A DNA stretch of 64,000 nucleotides from Guillardia theta CCMP2712 (GCF_000315625.1 NW_005434650.1:276005-340004), one strand, 5' to 3'. Positions 10,677 through 23,422 are shown, numbered from the stretch's first letter. Notes: generated by a model not told the origin, from the sequence alone. Numbers and translations: made by a program.

Positions 10677-13600
10677 ATGAAGGTCGGACAGATCGTGTTG
10701 TCCAGCATCAACTTCAATGATGTGATAGTCGGTATGAAGGGTGAAGTGATCGGGCCTTGCAATGATTCGAGGGTGAACGACGCAACAGATAGATTTCTGG
10801 TCAGGTTCGAGAATGGCAGATTCTTGAACATGCACTTTCCAGCTCAAATATCGATGTTTTTCCCTACTCCACAGTACAATGCGCTCTCCAGCATGCGAGA
10901 GAGGTCGGTGCAGGATCAGCCAGTCAAGGAGAAGCATAGCGGAGCACAGGACGACGACATCGGGACGTCGATGGATGCTTCACCCTTCGTGGACTATCAG
11001 GCGGGCAGAGAAGCATTGAACTATCATGGGTTTGCAAAGCACACGGATCCGGTGGTAGAGAGCTCTAGTCTGAGTGCGGTAATCCCTCCAGCGCCGACCT
11101 ACCGCTTCAAGCTGCCTCTGAAGACGCTGACTGAAGGGAGGCTGACCAACTTACAAATCGAGAGCCTGGTCTATGCTTGCACCCAGCATGAAAAGTTCCT
11201 TCCTTCCGGACACCGTATGGGCTTCTTCATGGGTGATGGCCCGGGACTCGGAAAGGGGAGGCAAATTGCAGGAATTATCTTCGAGAACTTCTTGAGAGGT
11301 CGGAAGAGGAGCGTTTGGCTGTCAACCTCTGGAGATTTGATTGGTACTGTTCCTTGAACCATTCAACCGTTGGCTGACTGTTGTTTTGTTTGCTGCTACA
11401 GAGGATGCAAAGAGAGACCTGTCGGAAGTTGGTGCAGGGAGAATTCGAGTTCATGATCTGAGGGGTTATCACATTGCCGAGGACCTGAGGAAGAAGAAAG
11501 AGCTGAAGCAGGGAGTTCTTTTTGTCACGTATCACCTGCTTGTCGGAGTAAAGGGGGACCAGTCGCGCTTGAAGCAGATCCTGCAATGGTGTGGCCTCAA
11601 GTTCGAGGGCGTCCTAGCCCTGGATGAATGCCATTCGGCAAAGAACCTGAGTGTGAAGAGAGGTAAGAATGGATCAGAGATTGTAGGAGGAAGTAAGGCT
11701 GCTGTTGCTGTGCACATGCTGCAAGATCACCTCAAGAACGCGAGGGTCATCTATGTTTCTGCTACGGGCGCAAGCAAACCAGACCATCTTGTCTATGCCT
11801 CGAGGTTGGGCCTGTGGGGAAAGGGAACTGCGTTTAAGAACTCGGAGAACTTTGTCAGCGAGATCAATGCTGGGGGTGTTGCTGCTATGGAGCTTCTAGC
11901 CATCCAGATGAAGGCTTCGGGTCAGTATCTGGCACGCAGCTTGGCTTTCAAGGGAGCGACATTTGAAGTCGTAAATCTCAGTTTGAACGAAGAGTTCGTA
12001 GAGATGTATGACAAGGCGGCAGAGCTGTGGCTCGACTTCATCTCTGCTCTCAATGTAAAACTTGAGACACAAGAGATGCCGTTGAACCTGAGAAAGTCGA
12101 AGCTGTTGCAAGATCTGTGGGGGACCCACCAGAGGTTCTGGTGCACGATGTGCATCTCGGCGAAAGTGCCTGGGATTCTAGAGATCGTTGAGCGAGAGTT
12201 GAAGGAGGGCAAGTGTGTTGTCATCGGACTGCAGAAAACCGGAGAGAGTGCCATATCCAAGTTCAACGCCTCCTGCGATCCATACTCCGAGATAGGTGAT
12301 GGCGGCCGACGAACAACACACTGGGCTGAAATTCCTTCGACGGCTAAAGCAATCTTTCTTCGTTTTGTAAGCAAGACATCGAATTTCATGGGAGATGAAT
12401 GGATACAGAAGGTGCAACAGCTGAAATTACCGCCAAACCCTCTTGATTTTATCATTCACTCATTAGGGGGCGTAGGGAAAGTCGCGGAGATGACTGGACG
12501 GTCAAAAAGAGTTGTTTCCAAGAACAACCACTACGAGCTGGTGAGCAGGGGAACAAAGGTTGGGCTCGACACAGTGAATGTCAGAGAACGCAAGCGATTC
12601 CAAACTGGAAAGAAACTCATCGCAATCATCAGCGAGGCGGCGAGCACGGGAATCAGCCTCCAGTCAGACAAGCGAGTGTTGAACCAGAGGCGGCGAGTCC
12701 ATATCACCCTGGAACTACCTTGGAGTGCTGAGAAGGCGATACAGCAGATGGGAAGAACTCACAGATCGAATCAGAGCTGTCCGCCCGAATTCAAACTCGT
12801 CATGACGCCCATTGGCGGTGAATGGCGCTTTTCATCTACAGTTGCTAGAAAGCTGCAAGCTTTGGGTGCGCTGACACATGGAGATAGATTAGCTGCAGGA
12901 GGGGCGTCTTCTCTCAACCACTTCGCTATTGCAGACAGCAAGTATGGACACCAAGCAATCGCTGCCATGTTGAACAAGTTGAAGAACGATGACGTTGCTA
13001 GAACTTGTTTGCAGATCGTTGGAATCGACAGGGGATGCCAAACAAACGTCAAAGTTTTCCTCAACAGACTTCTTGGTATCCCACTCGATTCTCAGAAGAA
13101 GGTGAGGGACATCTTTCTTGAATCTCCGACAACTAATCGTGACTTGCGGTTTGTGCAGGTTTTCGAAGCTTGGATGGATGAAATAGAAGCAGCAGTGTTC
13201 AGAGCAAAAAGTGAGAATGTTTACTCGGAAGGGATTGTAGATATAGCTGCTCAGAGCATGGTGCTGGAAAACGAAGAAGTGGTGTACAAGATGAAGGATG
13301 GGAGAGAAACGTCTCACATTCGTATCCGAGGGGATCGCGGCGTCTCATGGGAGAAGGCACTTGACCTCTTGGAGAAATATTCTCGAAGTGCCCAGTGCGG
13401 ATTCTACAAGGGCGCGCAGAGCAGCAGCAACGAGAAGTGCATGCTTCTGCTGCGGCGGGAGACTCATCTCAGACAGGGAGGCTCGTTCCAGGTGATAAGG
13501 CCCAACGTCGGCTTCACCTCGAGAGACCTGCCGAACTCAGCTCTGGATTCTTACGACAAGATCTCGCACAGCGAAGCCAAGGCCCTATGGGAGAAAGACT

Positions 13601-15773
13601 TCAACTACTTCTTCGAGAAATGCGGTCACACCAGGGAGGAAGTCTGTCCGGGCGAAGCCTGTACCTACAGAAAGCGCAAGCAGCACTACGACATATTGTC
13701 GGGGTTCGTCCTCGCATTCTGGGAAATCATCAGGAATCAGGTCGACACGGTCAAGATCGTCCGAGTCATTCTTGACTGCGGCAGGAAGATCGTAGGCTTG
13801 CTGATGCCTGCCAACATAGTCCCAGTTCTGCTCCAGAAGATCAAGGAGCACGGGAAAGCGATCGAAGACAAAGAGACGATGGACATGGTGGCGCAAAGGA
13901 GACTCAAGGTCGATGCGATCCATAGGAATTGGATGATGAACGTGTCAAAGAAGGTGCCTGTAGCAGGTGTAGACTTGAATGAGGAGCATCAGGAAGCCAG
14001 CGGTGCCGAGAGTGAAGGGGAGGAGGAGGAGGTGCCTGTGTTCAAGAGCAAGATGGGGAAGAAGAAAAGGAAGCGAGCAAAAGTTGTATATAGGAGACAT
14101 GGAGCCGCGCCGAGACAGTCTGGAGAGGTTCAGCTCAAGAAAAGGGCTTCAGGTCCTGTGATCCTATTGGAGTCAGATGAAGAAGAGCAAGAAGTCGATG
14201 AGAATGATGATGATGACGATGACGATCCCAACTTCGTCGCCACGAATGTAAGAAAATTTACATGAAACGATGAGATTCTGATTGATTTGTTGTCAGGTGG
14301 ATCCTGCAATGAAGCGGAAGAGTCACATAACTCCTGAAGAAGTGACAGGCATAGGGAAGGAGCTGCAAAGGTGAATTTCTCGTTCTAGTCATCCATCTCG
14401 TGGTCACTTGATGGAACAGTATCGGTCTGTGGGAGCCAAGCCCGGAGTCAGATGAATTCTTCGATGACGGCACTTGGGGACAAGACAACGATGTCGACGA
14501 GGACGATGCAGGGGATGAATACAGCGACGAAGAAGAAGAAGATGAAGAGTTCGAGGCTAGCAACGACAATGACAACACAGGATCTTCGCGATCGTACGTG
14601 CTGCGATCGAGCAGGGCTGATGTCAGTTACTACGAAGACACTGAGACTGAGGAAGAGCAAAGCTCGTGGAACAGCGACGTTGACGTGAGTGAGAGCGATT
14701 CTTCAAACGTGTCATCAGGCGATCTAGTGGCCATCGACGACTCGGAGCCAGATGGCGAAGGCCCTCCAAGTGGTCTTGAGCAGGAGAGTCCTACTCTAAC
14801 CTGCGCAGGTTGTAAGGCAGCTCTTCCTCACAACGATGCGGCGAGTGACGATAGAGGAGGGAGCCGTTGTTCCGACTGTGCGCAGCATTTGACGGAGGAT
14901 GAGAAACAAGCGCTGGCTCGCAAAGCTGAGGAATCTTCACGAGCGAACGAGCAAGAGAAGAGCGTTAGACTCAAGGACGAGGAGATTCTGAGACAGCAGC
15001 CTGAGACTCGGGTGAGAGGCAAGGAGGACCGAGCCCCTTTTTTCGTGCTGGAGTTCATGGAAATCGAGTTGATCCCGCGGTCCAAGAAGAGGCGAGTTGA
15101 CTTCCGGGCCATCGCGAGCCTTCCGGATCTCATGGCACACGTCGAGCACAAGGAGAAACTTCTGCTGCACCCGCCAGAGGTCAAGTCTACAGGCGGCGAG
15201 GAGGAAAAGCCTTTGACCCCGCATGAGGAGAAGCACGCGGGCGGAGGAGCTGAGGAGGTCAGCCCTGCTGCAGAGGAAGTCAAGGAAGAGGGGGCAGAAG
15301 GCTGCGATCAGGCTGTTGGGGATGCTGTAGCAGCGGAGATCCAGTCAAGTAGTGAGCAAGGGCAGTCTGAGGAGAAGACGTCGATGGAAGTGGAGGAGAA
15401 GGTCGACCAAGCTGAGACTCGGCCAGTCTCTTCGCCTCAGGCTGACGTGGAAGGTTTGAGTGCTTCTGCTGAGAGTGGCAGGGTTGCAGCTCAGGTTGAC
15501 TCCGTGACAAGTGAAGGCGGCAAGGAGAACAAGGAAGAGGAGGAGGAGGTAGGAGAGGAAGACTCGAAGGACTCGATGCCCGTCAAGGAGGAAGAGGACG
15601 TTATGCAAGATGTGCAAACCAGCCAAGCTCGTGACCAGCACGAGGGGCTTCAAAGCACCGGACAGAGCCAGGAGCCAAGAGCCGAGCAGCACCTTACCTG
15701 TGCAGAAGAGGCAGGGACGAGCAGCATGGCATCAAAACCTGTGTATGAAGTGATCGACCTCACTGACGACTGA
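10677..15773 (+). CDS. SBNO: Strawberry notch family SF2 helicase-like protein
   Basis: LQIESLVYAC..GFFMGDGPGLGKGRQIAG, DECHSAKN, YVSATGAS, NPLD..VAEMTGR, SEAASTGISLQ, HITLELPWSAEKAIQQMGRTHRSNQ, LGALTHGDR, FLNRLLG. Intron 11344-11401 joins the two long ORFs; further introns near 13102-13158, 14248-14297 and 14370-14418 lead into the acidic tail. Start could be 10610. Confidence 0.95.
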
Positions 15774-15820
15774 GAGAGAAGAAGTTTCTCTATTAAACAT
15801 GTTCCCTCCCCCTCGCTAGT

Positions 15821-16880
15821 CTACATGACCATCTCCTCGTCCCTGCTAGGGTTCTGCAGCCGCTCGTCAAGGTAGCGATGCGCACATGCATTGTCAAGTC
15901 GCACCTTCTGATCCTCCAGCGGTCGATCGTGAATCACTCGCTGGTCCACCATCCTCGTCTTTTGAGTCGGAACCGCCGAGAACAAGGAAGAAGGGAAGTC
16001 GAAGCCAGGAGGAGGAAGCATGAGCTGCAGTTGGAGGAACATGTGAGATAACAACAGGAAGGCAGGCAAGGGAGCAGATTGAGGAAGAGGAAAAGGTGGT
16101 GGAGAGGAAGTGCGATTGCAACGACTGGAAGGAGCAGGATGAAGAGCCGCAGGAGGAGCAGGAGGGAAGGTGAGACCTGATCTGGGAAGAACTCGCTGTC
16201 GCGAACAAGGTCGACCAGGATGACAGTCCCTGGCCCTCGCTCGAACCCAAGACGTACGCGAGACCCGTGATACCCCGCAATCATCTGCCGCATGTCAGCA
16301 GACCTGGCAAGGGAAGGGGATGGTGTACTGAGATGCCGTCAACTTGATGCATTCTTAGATCAGCACCGTCAACAAACCGAAGGACGTCTCCTCTAAACTG
16401 TTGGGCAAGGAGTTACTCCACAAGGGATGGAGAACCGGGTGGAGGGAAGAAGGTGGAGGAAAATACGATTTGCTGAGATCGATGTGCTGGGCCTCCCCTG
16501 GCCTTGAAAACAAACGTCATCATCGCACTGACGTCAAGGAGACAGAGGATACCAGGAGATTGACGTAGATCTGATCTGGTGGACATGAAAGGGTCGTGAG
16601 CGCGACGTCACTGACAAACAGAGGGAAATGGTTGGCTCACCATCTTTGTCCTTGATAAAGACTACTCCGATGCCGCCCAAGGTTGGAGAGGGACCGACGT
16701 AGGCGCTGCTCTCTGACACGAAACATCCTCGTCAAGCTCCCAAGTCCCTCCGCGCTCCCTCTGCTCATCCTCCTGTTCCTCCTCCTCCTGCTCCTCCTCT
16801 TGATCCTCTTGCTCCTCCTGCTCCTGCTCCTGCTCCTGCTCCTCCTGCTCCTCCTGCTCCTCCTGCTTCCTCACCGCCAT
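15821..16880 (-). CDS. Small multi-exon PDZ-domain protein
   Basis: Spliced LGGIGVVFIKDKD..IYVNLL|ARGGPAHRSQQI..HQVDGISV..MRQMIAGYHGSRVRLGFER matches the PDZ pattern. Confidence 0.75.
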
Positions 16881-16969
16881 CTCCGACCACCGACGGATTG
16901 TTGCCCATTGACCGCTTGTCACCGTTCGGAAACTTGTAAACTTTCTAGTGGAACGCAAAAGTTTGAGAT

Positions 16970-17010
16970 GAGAGTTTGAGAGTTTGAGAGTTTGAGAGTT
17001 TGAGAGTTTG
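16970..17010. repeat. (GAGAGTTT)5 octamer repeat between divergent genes
   Basis: Direct reading. Confidence 0.85.
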
Positions 17011-17102
17011 ATTGGAGAGCGGGGATGAGGGCATTCAGTCTCTAAGAGATGGTGTGGGGGCATGCAGGGAGGAGCGAGCCTAGGACGACGACGAGTGCGA
17101 CG

Positions 17103-18530
17103 ATGAAGAGCGTGAAGATGCAGGGATCTTCGAGGATAGTAAGGGTGGCGATGATAGCAGCGATCTCGATCATGATCATGCCTGACGGAGCTACTGCAAG
17201 CTCAATCATGGCGAAGGAGATTTCGGTATCGGGGACAGGCGTGAAAGAACAGATCAAGTTTTCCCCTTCGTTTGCCGTCCTGGTGGGCACCTTGATCAAG
17301 CAATCTTGTGCTGACTGTTGTGTGCTGAATCGTTGTTCGTGTGGACAAACCTGTTCCTTTCACCGCGCCCTTCTGAGTTTGATCTACAGAAAGTGTCTTT
17401 GGACGAGGACAGCTCCATCAAAGCTGAGGTCCTTCCTGCCCCAACGACTGAAACCTCAGGATTCATGTTGGTGACAGGCTGGAGCGATGATGAGCATGAA
17501 GAACGTCCGAGCCCAGACTGGACTTGCTGGGCCACGGAACTACCTGACGGGGCAGGTTGCTGGGTACACCGGAGGTTCGAGGTGAAGTTTCGATCAGGTT
17601 GGATGTCTGCCATCCGTGGGCAGGGCCCTCTTTGGAGAGCAATCCTTGTTCGTCAACACCTTTACCGGAGAGGGCGAGAACTCGTGGGTTTACCTCGCAC
17701 CGAGGGTCCCGGGAGACATTTTCGTACATACCATCGCTCCTGACAGGTGAAATCAGGCAATTCCGTGCGCTCTGCCTCTGCCTCCGCCCTTGTTCTCTAC
17801 TCCCATGTACTGGCCACTCATCATCTGGTTTGCAGAGAGCTCTTCATCCAGAAGGGCTCGTTTCTAGTGAGTAGAATGTGTTGGGCCTGAAAGTCCTCGT
17901 CTTGTAAGTTACAACACGCAGGGTTGCTGGATGAACGTCGAGACAGACGCGAAGTTCAAGGGGCTCAAGGGGATTCTGAGCGGTAGAGACGAGGGTGATG
18001 TGAATTGCAAGCGACTGAGCTGCAGCTGAAGGAGAGGGCATGTTCTTTCTCAGAGCTTACACGACTGACAATCGCAGTGGCAAGGTGATGTGGAACCGAG
18101 CTCCTGCGGCCGCTGAGGGGATGTGGAAGGTTTACCTAAGTAGCTTCGGAGCCATCGAGCGATATGACGTGCAAGTCGGCGAGGAGATTACTGTTGACAC
18201 GGGTCCCCTTGCCTCTTGGGGGAGGTGAAACTGACGGGTAGAATACGGGCAGGGCACATAGTCGCGTTTGAAGACTGTTTGACCTACTCCATCGGGCGGT
18301 TGTCTGGTGGTCTCACAGCGTTTGTGATGGGAGGAGAGGGATTCGTCTGCAAGTGATGATTGTCCGCACGCTACTTCTTGTATGACGTGGGCTTTCGCAG
18401 GTTCCGCGTCAGAGACAGAGGCCCCAGAACATGTGGGGGGAGCATCTGGGTACAGGTGATGAAACTTGTTGCTGCATTGCTCTGTCTTCTCGGCTGCATC
18501 TCTCATGGTCTTGTGGTAGACGCGGGTAGG
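17103..18530 (+). CDS. AIM24: AIM24/TIGR00266 family protein (multi-exon; start and 3' end uncertain)
   Basis: PSFAVL|KVSLDEDSSIKAE, LFIQKGSFL, DAKFKGLKGILS, GEGMFFLRA, VYLSSFGAIERYDVQVGEEITVDT|GHIVAFE, GSIWVQ|TR. Confidence 0.85.
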
Positions 18531-18649
18531 CCTGCGGCACAACGGCGATCTTTAGTGATCCCAGTGAAAGCTTCCTGACACTCAATCGCGTGCTTCTCCC
18601 ACTTCGCCCTCTCGCTGCAACGTCCATTTTCCTTTATCCTTACATGCGT

Positions 18650-20031
18650 AAGGATGACGTGTATTGGATTTCTCCTTTAGAATCAGACCATATCCTAGTT
18701 GTGAAGCTACAGCCCGCTAGATACCCCAAGCTGGGATGGTTTCCCAGCTTCAGGTCATTGATAACCCCTACTGTTGGCTCGAGATGCTGATGGATGTCAG
18801 CTCGAAGCCCCACAAACCCCTAGGGAGACAAGCTCGTTAGGTTGTGAAGGAGAACAAGAGGAGGACGCACAGTGTTGGCAACGTGATCGATGTACCTCTC
18901 TTGTGGCTGTATCTCAGTAGTATCTGACAGCAAATCAAAAGCTTACAAGGCGAGGAGCTCTTCTAACCTGCTCTCTTGAGGGCAGGAAAGATGCCTGTGA
19001 TCTTTTCCCTCACTTGTTTGAAGGGAATAGAGAGCTGGCAATAGCCGTTCAAGTACGGCTGCCTTGAGATGTCAGAACGAACAAACACCAAATGCAAGCA
19101 AGCGAGGAGGGAGCTAGAGAGACAGAGACAGAAACACAAGTAACATGCGCCTACCATGCCAATAGGCTTCTTGGGATTTGTGACGGCATTTGCCTGGAAG
19201 GATGGAATCAAGAGAATCCTCGCCTATGTGATGACGGCTCTACCTCCAGCAGGATGGGGGGAAAGGGGTTCACGCCAGCCGAGACCATGATCTGCGGCCT
19301 GATGGGACGTCACTCTAGCACAAGAGGTTTCTGATCACGTTGTGGGTCGGATGACGGTAGTGAAAGTGATTGGGGTCCGCAGAAGCTTCCTCCAAGTGCT
19401 CACAAACCTGTTCTAGGTTCAGCACAGTGCCCTGGGCTCCTCTGTCGTGCCTTCACCTGAAGTAAGGTGACAAAGGGAATTGTGGGTCCACATCATCGAA
19501 ATCCCACTCCATGTGCTTGACCAGCCACCTGATAAGATAAAAGATGGGAAGAAATCACATTCAAATCGTCTGTTCCGATGTCACTTACCCGCCCATACGA
19601 TCAACGCCCTCTGAAAAATCAGTGTCATCATGCAGGAAGGAAGGTAAATCATAGAAGCTTGCCTCCCAATCCCATTTGCGGTGATAATACTGTACTTGGA
19701 ACCTCTGAAGTTTGTGCGAGATCGACAATGATCATAGATAATAGGTACACCAACGCCTGCAAGTGTTTTAAAATCTGTACTATTCGTGAGCATGAAGTGT
19801 GAAGGTGTTTCTCCGTGAAGAGGCGGTGAGGCGAGCATAACACAAAACAAGGGATGTTGGTGAATACTTCTCTTCACGTTCTGCTACATTCTCATTATGT
19901 CCTGCCTGCAGCATTTCGGCATTCCAGATCATCGTTGCAAGACCGCTTATGATTGATCTACATCTCTCATTTTCTTCTCTCTGATTCACATCCTTCTTCC
20001 CACCATCTATTTCATCCAAGTTATTGCTCAT
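18650..20031 (-). CDS. Hypothetical multi-exon protein, no recognised domain (ends approximate)
   Basis: Consecutive exons splice in frame: TDFKTLAGVEVPSTVLSPQMGLGEGVDRMGGWLVKHMEWDFDDVDPQFPLSPYFRFVSTWRKLLRTPITFTTIMVSAGVNPFPPILLEANAVTNPKKPIGMPYLNGYCQLSIPFKQ. Confidence 0.6.
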
Positions 20032-20124
20032 CTCTGCACCTTCTATCCCTGCCCTGTCTCCTTCCCTTGCCCGTTGCTCCCTTGCTTCCTGCCTGGTTCG
20101 CTCCTTTCCTCCCTCCCTCTTTCG

Positions 20125-20128
<4 letters not shown>

Positions 20129-20207
<79 letters not shown>

Positions 20208-20223
20208 ACACACACACACACAC
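20129..20223. repeat. (CA)n microsatellite
   Basis: Direct reading; one TA interruption. Confidence 0.98.
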
Positions 20224-20565
20224 GCTCCCTCCATCTCTACATCTCTCTCTGCTTTGAAATCCCTTTCTTCCTCCATCTTCCAGCCTTCTCCTCCTATTCT
20301 CGCACTCTCTGCGCTCTTACCCGCATTGCCTGGCTTGCCATCGCCCTTGGCCCGTCCTCTTCCTACTGAAAAAAAAAGTTCCCTAAAAAACATTAGCCTT
20401 TTACAGAGCCAGTCCAAGGCACCCGGTGACCGGGGGCCCGGGCAGAGTCGGAGCCGGCGGCGGGCCGCGGACTGACGGAGCCGGAGCCTCGGCTGTTTAC
20501 TCAAAGGCCCGAGGAGTCAGCCCGGTCCGACCGACAACTTTACTCAAAGTTAAGTTAAAAATCAG

Positions 20566-20610
20566 CTTACCAATATCGTAGGAGCCGCAGGCTACTACGA
20601 TATTGGTAAG
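20566..20610. repeat. 45-nt inverted repeat/hairpin
   Basis: CTTACCAATATCGTAG-G-AGCC-GCA-GGCT-A-CTACGATATTGGTAAG: perfect 16-bp arms plus a 4-bp inner stem. Confidence 0.95.
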
Positions 20611-22447
20611 TAACACTTGATTGGAAGATATCACTACCAGATTCTGTCAATAGCTAAAGTTTAGCGGTAATTCTTAAGGGGTAACAGAACACTTTAGCCC
20701 TTTAGGACTGTCTGGCCCCTGAAGTGCAAGTGCTGCGCACGGTGTGGAAGCAAGAGGTGAAGCGTTGCGATCTCAAGGAAGGAGAGCCGATCTCAAATGT
20801 ATCACCCCCTTTGTGATGCGATCTGGTCGCCGCGATCGGAAGGAAAAGAGATTTGTTGACAGAGTGGGTTAAACGGAGATCAGACCGTTCGGAACAACGA
20901 TAAGACCCAAACTACGCGAAAATCTAACTTATCACAAATGACATGTCAGCGATTCGGATCTCCAGATCAGGTCATGATCAATTTGAAACGGTGCTTTTTG
21001 CATTGCGTTGATGTACTGCCTTTGCACCAGATGCGCCCCAACCTGGATACAGTTCCATCATCACCCCACCAATCTCATGCGACGTCTCTGCAAAGGACGG
21101 GTACGACCAACAAACTGCCCCGATCGTACGGATTTTTTTAAAATACTTATAGCAAGGGTTTGGCTGTGAGATCTTTACAAATGTTGTAAATTTCCTCTTT
21201 TAGACTCACATTCAACGAGATCACGGTTTTTCTTCCCTAGCTCTCGTTATGACCGGAAGCGCACCAAGAGGTACCAGCATCTGATAGGAAATTGGCCCAA
21301 CACGCCTACACCGACCCCTCTATCCCCCTTTTTAAAATGGTGATTTACCTCTACATTATTTTTAGGGCCGATTAAAACCCCTCAACAATGACAACGAAAA
21401 ACAAAGTAAGTTTACATCAGACATTTTGAGCAGTCACGGTTGGATGAGCCGGATCCGTTCATACATCTGCTGGTATCTCCAGCGACCCCACTGAATCTCG
21501 ATCTTGTGAGATTGGCTTCCCCCGGGGGCGATTTAAAATAGATATAGAAAGATCTGTACCACCATCAACGTGGAAAGATTAGTTCTGGGCTCCAACAGAA
21601 TAAAATTAATTTATTGTTTTTAAGCATAAAAGTTTCGATACCCGAGAAACCCGTCAGCTCCTTGCGAGCTTCACGGAGATTGGATCTTTCTTTACCACAT
21701 AATCGAAAAAGAGGTTTTTCGGCTCAGGGCCCATTAGTACCCTACCCTACATCGTTCCAGAACCCCAAGGACCCACCGTGACCTAACATTCGTTTCGTCC
21801 TTTTGACCCTCTCGAAAAACAACTTGCCCTTGTTGTACCACATAGACCCCACATTGTCCACAGTCTGTATGCAAAATGGTCCTTATTCATTTTTCCAAAC
21901 AATCTTCCTGTATCACCCCCACCCCGCAATGACCTTCATATAACCCCACCCTTGTGGAATGTTGATCGTAGAGGAAGGTTTAAAACAAATGTGAGTGCTC
22001 TTATACCAGGATTGACCCCCCACCCAAGGGGGTTAGAGTCCAGATTGTCCTTTATTCGTTTTTCCTTGCTTCAAGGCAAACACCCACCCCCCAACCTCCA
22101 CCCCCAGTCTAAGATCCGAGCTCCCGCTTGCCTTCTACTCCAATCCTTGTTCTCCTGCTCCTCCTGCTCCTCCTGCTCCTCCTGCTCCTCCTGCTCCTCC
22201 TGCTGTCCCTTCCCTTTCTTCATCTCCCCGGATCTCTTCCGAAAGCATCAACCCGCCCCACATCGCTCTACTTCCTGACACCGAAATCTGCTGATCCCTT
22301 TTTCCTGAACCTCTTCCGGATCAAAGGAGGAAAATTTACGGCCAGAATATATGAAACAACGGATCTGATCTGATTTCTGCGATCTACATTGTTTTTCCTT
22401 GACTTCCTGCAAATATCCGATTCTTGACAAACCAATTCTACACAACT

Positions 22448-23302
22448 ATGATGCATTCGGACTTCGATCTTGTTGAAGAGGACTCGTTCTTTCGGGATAT
22501 CGACACACTGCCGTCAAATCCAGATCCGGTACCATGTGTTCAACAAAAGGAGACACACAAAATCAAGCAAGAGGAGGCACCACAGAAGCTCATCTTCAAG
22601 AAGGGTAAGAAAGACGTGGCGCGAGTCTTCCCGCGGAGGAAGGCAGGAGAACTTATTCGTTCAACGGACAAGCCAGTGCTACTCACAAAGGAGATGCTTC
22701 TTCCTTATTTCGGCACTCCACTGCGCAATGCAGCCTGGAATATGGTAAGTTGCTGCAAACGAAGCTTGCTATGATAGACATATGACACAAGTCAACAGGG
22801 TTTGTGTCCGACCGCTCTCAAAAGCGTTTGTCGAAAGCTCGGCATTACGAGATGGCCTTACAAGCAAGCAAGGCGAAGCTCACCCACAGTTCCGTCTCCA
22901 TCGGACAGTATCCAGAGCAGCGAAGCCAGCGCAAACGTTACCCCCGTCATGCACAGAGATGTCGTTGTGCCTGACATGGGAACAAGCGGGGTGCAATTGC
23001 AGCAGCCCAATGCTGCTTCATACCCCCCTCATGTGGTTGAGCAGGACATCGATATTCATGGCGATAATGCCGATGAGCAGATGATACCTCCATGTCGCCC
23101 ATGTCCTGTACGATGCGTGCAGAATGGAAGCCCGTATCACGAGATGGAGTTGTCGCGGGCCGCAGGGACTCTGAACGCTTCCGAGTGGGATGCCGTTGTG
23201 CAGCAGCAAGCGAAGCTGTTTCCTTCGCTGTATGGAAGCAATTTATGGGAAACTGAAGAGAGTTGTGCATGTGACATGAGCTTTTTAACGGGTTGCATGT
23301 GA
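22448..23302 (+). CDS. RWP-RK transcription factor (RKD-like), 2 exons
   Basis: LTKEMLLPYFGTPLRNAAWNM|GLCPTALKSVCRKLGITRWPYK; intron 22745-22798. Confidence 0.92.
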
Positions 23303-23422
23303 ACATTCGTTTGTTTACACCAGTAGCTGCTTCAATCAACAGCTTGAGGCAGTGTGCGGTAATCAATGCGAGTATACGCTATATCACTATCCCTACGACT
23401 TTAATAAATAGATAAACGAGGC

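Noticed and set aside
16970-17010. Telomere-like TTTGAGAG repeat
   Set aside because: Only five internal units and not a canonical telomere motif.
19953-20504. His-Thr and Cys-Val repeat ORFs
   Set aside because: Translations of the (CA)n microsatellite.
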